A stretch of DNA of 64,000 nt from Candidatus Latescibacterota bacterium. Its GTDB lineage: Bacteria; Latescibacterota; UBA2968; GCA-2709665. Location of the stretch: NCBI GenBank assembly GCA_965203805.1, contig OZ241917.1, forward strand, positions 192,001-256,000. The letters are read 5' to 3'. The notes under the pieces were generated by a model. The model worked only from the letters and a program-made list of their open reading frames with translations. It was not told the DNA's origin and did no database searches. Positions 58,937-64,000 of this stretch are shown one piece after another (positions within the stretch are counted from its first letter, which is position 1; the number at the start of each line of letters is the position of its first letter). The translations under genes were made by a program, and so were the position numbers.

Positions 58937-59866
58937 GTGCCGCTTCTTGCCGATTACGCAATTACGCCTGATGTGTTCGACCCCACGTCTTACTCCAACG
59001 AGGAAATCGGACGTCTGCACCTCCGTGAAATTGGCGAAGTAATGAGGACCGAGGGTGTCGTTCGCGATCTCCGTTCTGGGGAATGGCGCCGACTCTTCGC
59101 TTCCGACGTACGGCCCTGGCATCGAACCGGTAAGGAATTGGTAAGGAAACTTGCGGCTCAAGGAAGACTGATTGAATTCCAACCGGCATTGGGTAACGTC
59201 CCTGCGGATGATGCCGGCTGGTGCGCAGAAGCGCTCGCGACACAGGCGGTGATGTCCCTCACGGGTGGCATCATTGCGACGGAGCCGGTGAAAGACCTCT
59301 ATCGGTCAGAATCGTTGGTAGCACGCATCGACCGGCTTGACAGCGCGGACTGGTGGCAGAATCGCAGTTCTTCCGTTCGTCTTCCCCGCAGCCTGACGGC
59401 TTATCAGCAGCATCTCGAACCGATTCTCCGCTGTGCGAACTCACTGCAGTTCATCGATCCACACCTGGATCCGACGTTAGGACGATACAGGGAATTCGGG
59501 GACCTCCTTGATGTTATTGGTGCGCCAGTGATCGAAATTCACCGCGTGTGTTACTATGGGACCGGCAGCAGTCGCAGGATTCCCGATCTCGCCGAGTGGG
59601 AGAAACACTTCCGCGCCGGGCTTGATGCTTCCCTACGATCCGCAAATCTCCGGGCAGAGATCTTCATTTGGGATAACTTCCACGACCGTTACCTGATCAG
59701 CAATCTGATTGGCATCTCGCTGCCGAATGGCTTCGATACGACGAGCATCCCTAATGACAGAACCACCTGGACCCGCCTTGGTAGGCGCGACCGCGACGAC
59801 ATACAGCGCGAGTTCGATCCCGCCAGCAGACACCATACACTACATGGGCAATTCAGCATACCGTAG
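58937..59866 (+). CDS. Hypothetical protein with PLD-like motifs; partner of the upstream ATPase
   Basis: GTG directly after the ATPase stop; 'QFIDPHL' and 'FHDRYLIS...GISLPNGFD' match the IxDP...HDR pattern of divergent PLD-fold proteins. Confidence 0.65.
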   Translation: MPLLADYAITPDVFDPTSYSNEEIGRLHLREIGEVMRTEGVVRDLRSGEWRRLFASDVRPWHRTGKELVRKLAAQGRLIEFQPALGNVPADDAGWCAEALATQAVMSLTGGIIATEPVKDLYRSESLVARIDRLDSADWWQNRSSSVRLPRSLTAYQQHLEPILRCANSLQFIDPHLDPTLGRYREFGDLLDVIGAPVIEIHRVCYYGTGSSRRIPDLAEWEKHFRAGLDASLRSANLRAEIFIWDNFHDRYLISNLIGISLPNGFDTTSIPNDRTTWTRLGRRDRDDIQREFDPASRHHTLHGQFSIP

Positions 59867-59876
59867 GCCAGTGTAA

Positions 59877-61697
59877 ATGCCCGATACGGAGCTCGACAGA
59901 CTCGCCGCTCAGATCGCACGCGAGGAAGCACGGCTAAGAGAAATCGAGGCCGAACAGACCGCCGCCAGGCAGCGTCTGAAGGCACTATCCGCGAAGCTCG
60001 GCATGCTGCAGCAGTCGGTTTCCGGCGCCCCGGTTTCGCCGCAAACAAACGCCCAGAAGGTCGCCCTCTTCCGGTCTCTATTCAGAGGCCGAGCCGACGT
60101 TTTCCCCAGGCATTGGCAGAACCCGAAAAAGCAAACCACTGGCTACGCCCCGGCATGCGCCAACGAATGGGTGCGTGGGGTCTGTGAAAAACCACGCGTC
60201 AAGTGTGGCGAGTGCCCCAATCAGGCCTTCATCACTGTGACGGATCAAATGATCATCGATCACCTCAGAGGTCGTCACATCGTTGGCGTTTATCCGTTGC
60301 TGGAAGACGAGACGTGCTATTTCCTCGCTCTCGACTTCGACAGGGCGGACTGGAAGAATGATGTGGCCGCATTCCGAAACACCTGTAAGCATTTCGGACT
60401 GAATGCGGCAGTGGAGCGTTCCCGGTCCGGCAAGGGAGCCCACGTGTGGTTCTTCTTTGCCGAGCCGGTTCCCGCGAGTGAGGCGCGCAGACTGGGATGC
60501 TACCTGATCACCGAGACGATGGCGCACCGGAACGAGCTTCCGATGAGCTCGTACGACCGTCTGTTTCCAAGCCAGGACACGATGCCGCAAGGTGGTTTTG
60601 GCAATCTGATCGCCCTGCCGTTGCAGTACGAGGCCAGGCAGCAGGACAATACCGTGTTCGTCAATGAGTCATGGGACCCGTACCCGGACCAATGGGCGTA
60701 CCTGGCGGGCCTTCCCAGGATCGACCGATCTCGAGTGAAGGAGCTGGCGAGAGACGCGGTAGAGCGAGGAAAGGTTGTCGGCGTTCCTATCGCGCAGGAA
60801 ACGAAGGGAACAAGAAGCCAACTCAGCCTTGAGGAGGCTTCAAGGAGGACAATCGCTATAAATAAAACGCTTCCGCCCCGTGTGTGCGCTGTTCTCGGAG
60901 CGGACATCGTGGTGGACGCAACGAGTTTGCCACCGGTGCTGATCGATCAGATCAAACGCCTCGCCGCTTTCGAGAATCCGGAGTTCTACAAGAAGCAGGC
61001 AATGCGTCTGTCGACGGCGCTGACGCCGCGCGTAATCAGCTGTGCCGAAGTGGCAGGCAACCGGATCGGCTTGCCCCGAGGTTGTCTGCCCGCACTTGAG
61101 GATTTGATCGATAAGCACGATATCGAATTCGTAATCGATGATCAAAGATTGGATGGCGAGGCAATTGGTGTTGAGTTTCGCGGTGAGTTGACCGTCATTC
61201 AGCAGCAAGCGGTTCGTGCGTTGCTCGCCCACGATATCGGTGTCTTTGTCGCTCCCCCTGGCAGTGGTAAGACGGTTTTGGGCACGCACCTGGTAGCCGA
61301 CCGTGGACGCAGCGCGCTCGTCCTTGTGCACCGTACGCAGCTCATTGACCAGTGGAGAACTCAACTGTCCGTTTTCCTCGATTTGAATCCGCGTGAGATC
61401 GGACAGATCGGCGGAGGCAGGCGAAAAACCACGGGAATTGTCGACGTCGGCATGCTGCAGAGCCTCGTGCGACGCGACAGGGAGACCCTGTCGGGGTACG
61501 GACACGTGATCGTGGACGAATGTCATCATGTCCCCGCCGTCTCTTTTGAAAAGGTAATGCGGACGGTGCAGGCACGGTATATAACCGGGCTCACTGCAAC
61601 GCCTCAGCGGAGGGACGGTCATCATCCGATCCTGCATTTCCAACTCGGCCCGATCCGCTTCTCGGTCGATTCCAGGCGCGCGAAGGCAGCGCAGTGA
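59877..61697 (+). CDS. TOTE-type archaeo-eukaryotic primase + SF2 (ResIII-like) helicase, N-terminal part
   Basis: 'LFRGRADV', Zn motif 'CANEW..GVC.K..C..C', AEP motifs 'LALDFD' and 'SRSGKGAHVW', 'GNLIALPLQ'; helicase 'PGSGKT', 'DECHH', 'TATP'. Confidence 0.85.
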   Translation: MPDTELDRLAAQIAREEARLREIEAEQTAARQRLKALSAKLGMLQQSVSGAPVSPQTNAQKVALFRSLFRGRADVFPRHWQNPKKQTTGYAPACANEWVRGVCEKPRVKCGECPNQAFITVTDQMIIDHLRGRHIVGVYPLLEDETCYFLALDFDRADWKNDVAAFRNTCKHFGLNAAVERSRSGKGAHVWFFFAEPVPASEARRLGCYLITETMAHRNELPMSSYDRLFPSQDTMPQGGFGNLIALPLQYEARQQDNTVFVNESWDPYPDQWAYLAGLPRIDRSRVKELARDAVERGKVVGVPIAQETKGTRSQLSLEEASRRTIAINKTLPPRVCAVLGADIVVDATSLPPVLIDQIKRLAAFENPEFYKKQAMRLSTALTPRVISCAEVAGNRIGLPRGCLPALEDLIDKHDIEFVIDDQRLDGEAIGVEFRGELTVIQQQAVRALLAHDIGVFVAPPGSGKTVLGTHLVADRGRSALVLVHRTQLIDQWRTQLSVFLDLNPREIGQIGGGRRKTTGIVDVGMLQSLVRRDRETLSGYGHVIVDECHHVPAVSFEKVMRTVQARYITGLTATPQRRDGHHPILHFQLGPIRFSVDSRRAKAAQ

Positions 61698-62354
61698 ATG
61701 GAACATCAGGTCATAATAAGACAGACGGCCTTTCGGCTTGAGGACGAGTCGTCTGGATCCAGCATCCAGGAGATCTACTCGAAACTCGCAAGCGACCGAA
61801 ATCGCAACGAGATGATTCTGGACGATGTCATTGGCGCCCTCGAGAAAGGAAGGTCTCCCATTCTGCTCACGGAACGCAGAGACCATCTCGACTACTTCGT
61901 CGGCCAACTGCACAGCGTCGCTCGGCACCTGGTGGTACTTCAGGGAGGAATGGGTGTGAGACAGCGGGAGGGAGTCCGTCAGCAATTGAAGGACATTCCT
62001 GATGACGAGGAACGTCTCATCCTGGCAACCGGCCGCTTTATCGGTGAAGGCTTCGATGATTCCAGACTCGACGCGTTGTTCCTTGCAATGCCGATCTCGT
62101 GGCGAGGCACCCTTGTGCAATACACGGGCCGGCTTCATCGCAGGCACCCGTCCAAGTCCGAGGTTCGCATATACGACTACGTGGACGCCGATGTGCCGAT
62201 GCTCGCAAAGATGTTTAAAAAACGACGAAAGGGATACCGGGCTATGGGCTATGATCTGCGCAAGCCCGACAACGACGAAAGTGTTGGAAGCGGCGAATAC
62301 GTTGTTGAATACGACCGGGAAGTGATCCAGAGTCTCGGACGTGAGACGTTCTGA
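61698..62354 (+). CDS. C-terminal helicase domain of the primase-helicase (same frame, after one TGA)
   Basis: 'LTERRDH', 'GEGFD', 'QYTGRLHR', 'IYDYVD'; in frame with 59877. Confidence 0.82.
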   Translation: MEHQVIIRQTAFRLEDESSGSSIQEIYSKLASDRNRNEMILDDVIGALEKGRSPILLTERRDHLDYFVGQLHSVARHLVVLQGGMGVRQREGVRQQLKDIPDDEERLILATGRFIGEGFDDSRLDALFLAMPISWRGTLVQYTGRLHRRHPSKSEVRIYDYVDADVPMLAKMFKKRRKGYRAMGYDLRKPDNDESVGSGEYVVEYDREVIQSLGRETF

Positions 62355-62439
62355 TTTACCGATCTGAGCGGCTTCGCCTGCGAGACCGGACTCGACGCGG
62401 GGAAAATGGGCGAAACTGAAAACATCACACAGTGCGCAT

Positions 62440-62476
62440 TTGACGTGATCCCTGCTTAGCTATATGCGTAGCTAAG
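62440..62476 (+). promoter_or_regulatory. Promoter/operator of the Phd-VapC module
   Basis: TTGACG at 62440; perfect inverted repeat CTTAGCTA-6 bp-TAGCTAAG (62455-62476) over the -10 region. Confidence 0.65.
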
Positions 62477-62509
62477 AAAGTTATCGACCGTTTTTGAGGG
62501 AGTCACACA

Positions 62510-62743
62510 ATGTCAGTAGTCAACGTACATGAGGCCAAAACACAGCTATCCCGTCTCCTGGCGAGGGCTGAGGCGGGTGAAGAGATCGTCATTGCCCGTA
62601 ATGGCGACCCGGTTGCAAGGCTCGTGCCCTGCGAAAATTGTCCCGGTGTCCGGCAGTTTGGCGCCAAGAAGGGCCTGATTGTGGTCGACGACAGTTTCTT
62701 CGACCTACTTCCGGAAGACGAATTGGCTGCCTGGGAGGGATGA
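62510..62743 (+). CDS. Phd/YefM family antitoxin
   Basis: 'VNVHEAKTQLSRLL...GEEIVIARNGDPVARLVP'. Confidence 0.92.
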   Translation: MSVVNVHEAKTQLSRLLARAEAGEEIVIARNGDPVARLVPCENCPGVRQFGAKKGLIVVDDSFFDLLPEDELAAWEG

Positions 62744-62747
62744 TTGC

Positions 62748-63136
62748 GTGCGCATTCTACTCGACACCCATGCCTTTCTCTGGTGGCTCGCCGGCAGTGA
62801 TCGTTTGTCGGGGATTGCCCGCGATGCAATTGCCGACCCGGGTAAAGATGTCCTCATCAGCGCGGCGTCCGCGCCTGGGAGATCGCAACGAAGCATCGCC
62901 TCGGGAAGCTTCCGTGGGCCGACGTGGTCGTACATGACTTCGCCGGCTGCATTGCGGGCCAGGGATTTCAGGAATTGCCGATTACCGTCCGAAACGGCGA
63001 ACGCGCCGGTCGGCTGCAGGGATTGCATCGCGACCTCTTCGACCGGATGCTGATCGCACAGGCCCTCACCCTCGATGTCCCCCTTGTTTCGATAGAGACA
63101 CGATTCGATCGATATGGCGTTAACCGCTTCTGGTAG
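62748..63136 (+). pseudogene. vapC: VapC (PIN) toxin with a frameshift
   Basis: 'VRILLDTHAFLWW...ISAASA' shifts frame near 62872 into 'WEIATKHRLGKL...HRDLFDRMLIAQA'. Confidence 0.85.
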
Positions 63137-63632
63137 TGATGTCGACCCCCAACCCTATTGCGGAATCTCGCACGCACAATCAGGAGCGAATTATCGGCAG
63201 CGCTGTCATAGACGGTGGTCATTGAAGTCTCCGACATTCTATCGAGGACGGGATGGAACTTGACATCGAGAGGATATGGCCACCTGTTGCCGGACACAGA
63301 TCCATCCTGTCCACCATCGACCGCCTGGAAGTTTTGCGTCCCGGCGGTCGAAGTCATTGCGGCCGTGACCGTACTCGGGTTTATGGGTATCGACCACAAG
63401 CAGATTCGTGAAACCACAGAGTTCCCTATGCATGATGTAAGTACCTGAAAATACGTAGGGAGTTATGTTTTAAGTGAGCGAAAGCATGGATGCGCATTTG
63501 GTTCGTTGCGACGCCTGGATCCTGACACTGCGCGTGAGTGGACGATGGCACGCGGATTGCACGAGTTTTCGTCTGCGACGGAAAGCCGAACCGATTCGTA
63601 GATGCAATGCTGGGTTTGTCGACGACTTTAAT

Positions 63633-63660
63633 TTGACATGTAACTATTTAATGGTTACGT
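63633..63660 (+). promoter_or_regulatory. Promoter/operator of the RelE-HTH module
   Basis: TTGACA(63633-63638) followed by the imperfect inverted repeat ATGTAAC...GTTACGT; ATG at 63664 with no RBS, so possibly leaderless. Confidence 0.5.
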
Positions 63661-63663
63661 TGG

Positions 63664-63927
63664 ATGTATCGAATCCACATAAGGAGAAGCGTACTGCGGC
63701 GTATTCAGAGGCTACCCGAATCAGTACAACGAAGGGTAGCCAACCTTGTCGAGGATCTGCGGGATAACGGGCCTATCCAAAACAACTGGCCCAACTACGG
63801 AAAACTGGGAGCGGACAGATACCACTGCCACCTCACACGGAGCTGGGTAGTCTGTTGGTCATACAGGAGAAATGCGAAAACGATCGAGGTCTATTATGCA
63901 GGCAGTCGTGAAAACGCCCCGTATTGA
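63664..63927 (+). CDS. RelE-like toxin
   Basis: 87 aa, basic; 'RLPESVQ', 'WPNYGKL', 'YHCHL', 'IEVYYAGSRENAPY'; lies upstream of an HTH antitoxin (HigBA-like order). Confidence 0.78.
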   Translation: MYRIHIRRSVLRRIQRLPESVQRRVANLVEDLRDNGPIQNNWPNYGKLGADRYHCHLTRSWVVCWSYRRNAKTIEVYYAGSRENAPY

Positions 63928-64000
63928 GATTCTCATCAAGGGAGACATCCCTGACAAGCTGATGTCCGTGCTGAATGAGCAATACGGCGAACAGGTTCGG
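63821..64000 (+). repeat. Diverged direct repeat, copy 2 (pairs with 42296-42475; runs off the window)
   Basis: Same alignment as copy 1. Confidence 0.9.
63908..64000 (+). CDS. XRE-HTH antitoxin (3'-truncated by window edge)
   Basis: 'MKTPRIEILIKGDIPDKLMSVLNEQYGEQVR', homologous to 42383-42739. Confidence 0.8.
   Translation, partial: MKTPRIEILIKGDIPDKLMSVLNEQYGEQVR

Noticed and set aside
63140-63630. Short ORFs on both strands between vapC and the RelE-like gene
   Set aside because: No recognisable motifs or RBS; probably intergenic or decayed sequence.

Overview
Bacterial DNA in two parts. (1) About 1-21.9 kb is GC-rich housekeeping and catabolic sequence, almost all on the + strand: an EamA transporter, a divergent GH38-like protein, isochorismatase, mandelate-racemase-family dehydratase, D-aminoacylase, penicillin-acylase-family Ntn hydrolase, SDR, 3-hydroxyacyl-CoA dehydrogenase, a two-subunit CoA transferase, creatininase, FAH hydrolase, fatty-acid desaturase, two tandem paralogous hypotheticals, Zn-ADH, an MBL hydrolase (- strand) and a gamma-glutamylcyclotransferase. 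(2) About 22.2-64 kb is a compositionally mosaic defence island in which every recognisable gene is on the + strand. Its first half is a restriction-like scaffold (HTH-SNF2-DUF3883 helicase, DUF1156 adenine methylase, DUF499 ATPase). Between and after the core genes sits cargo: an AAA ATPase, type I CBASS (CdnE-like + Cap15), an OLD-like nuclease flanked by a second, truncated methylase start, an MrfA-like helicase and a TIR protein. The second half lies between two diverged copies of a RelE-HTH toxin-antitoxin module. It holds an orphan HsdS, a tightly coupled four-gene operon (N6-MTase, GHKL/MORC-histidine kinase fusion, receiver-domain protein, unknown protein), a ~1,790-aa protein with four GT-A glycosyltransferase domains plus kinase-like and SAM-methyltransferase domains, an ABC ATPase + PLD-like pair, a primase-helicase split by one stop codon, and several decayed TA modules. 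The best candidates for undescribed systems are the MTase-GHKL/HK-REC-X operon, the giant glycosyltransferase-kinase-methyltransferase and the ATPase + PLD-like pair. No tRNA, rRNA, CRISPR array, integrase or transposase was seen. All family assignments come from motifs recognised by eye; no searches were run.
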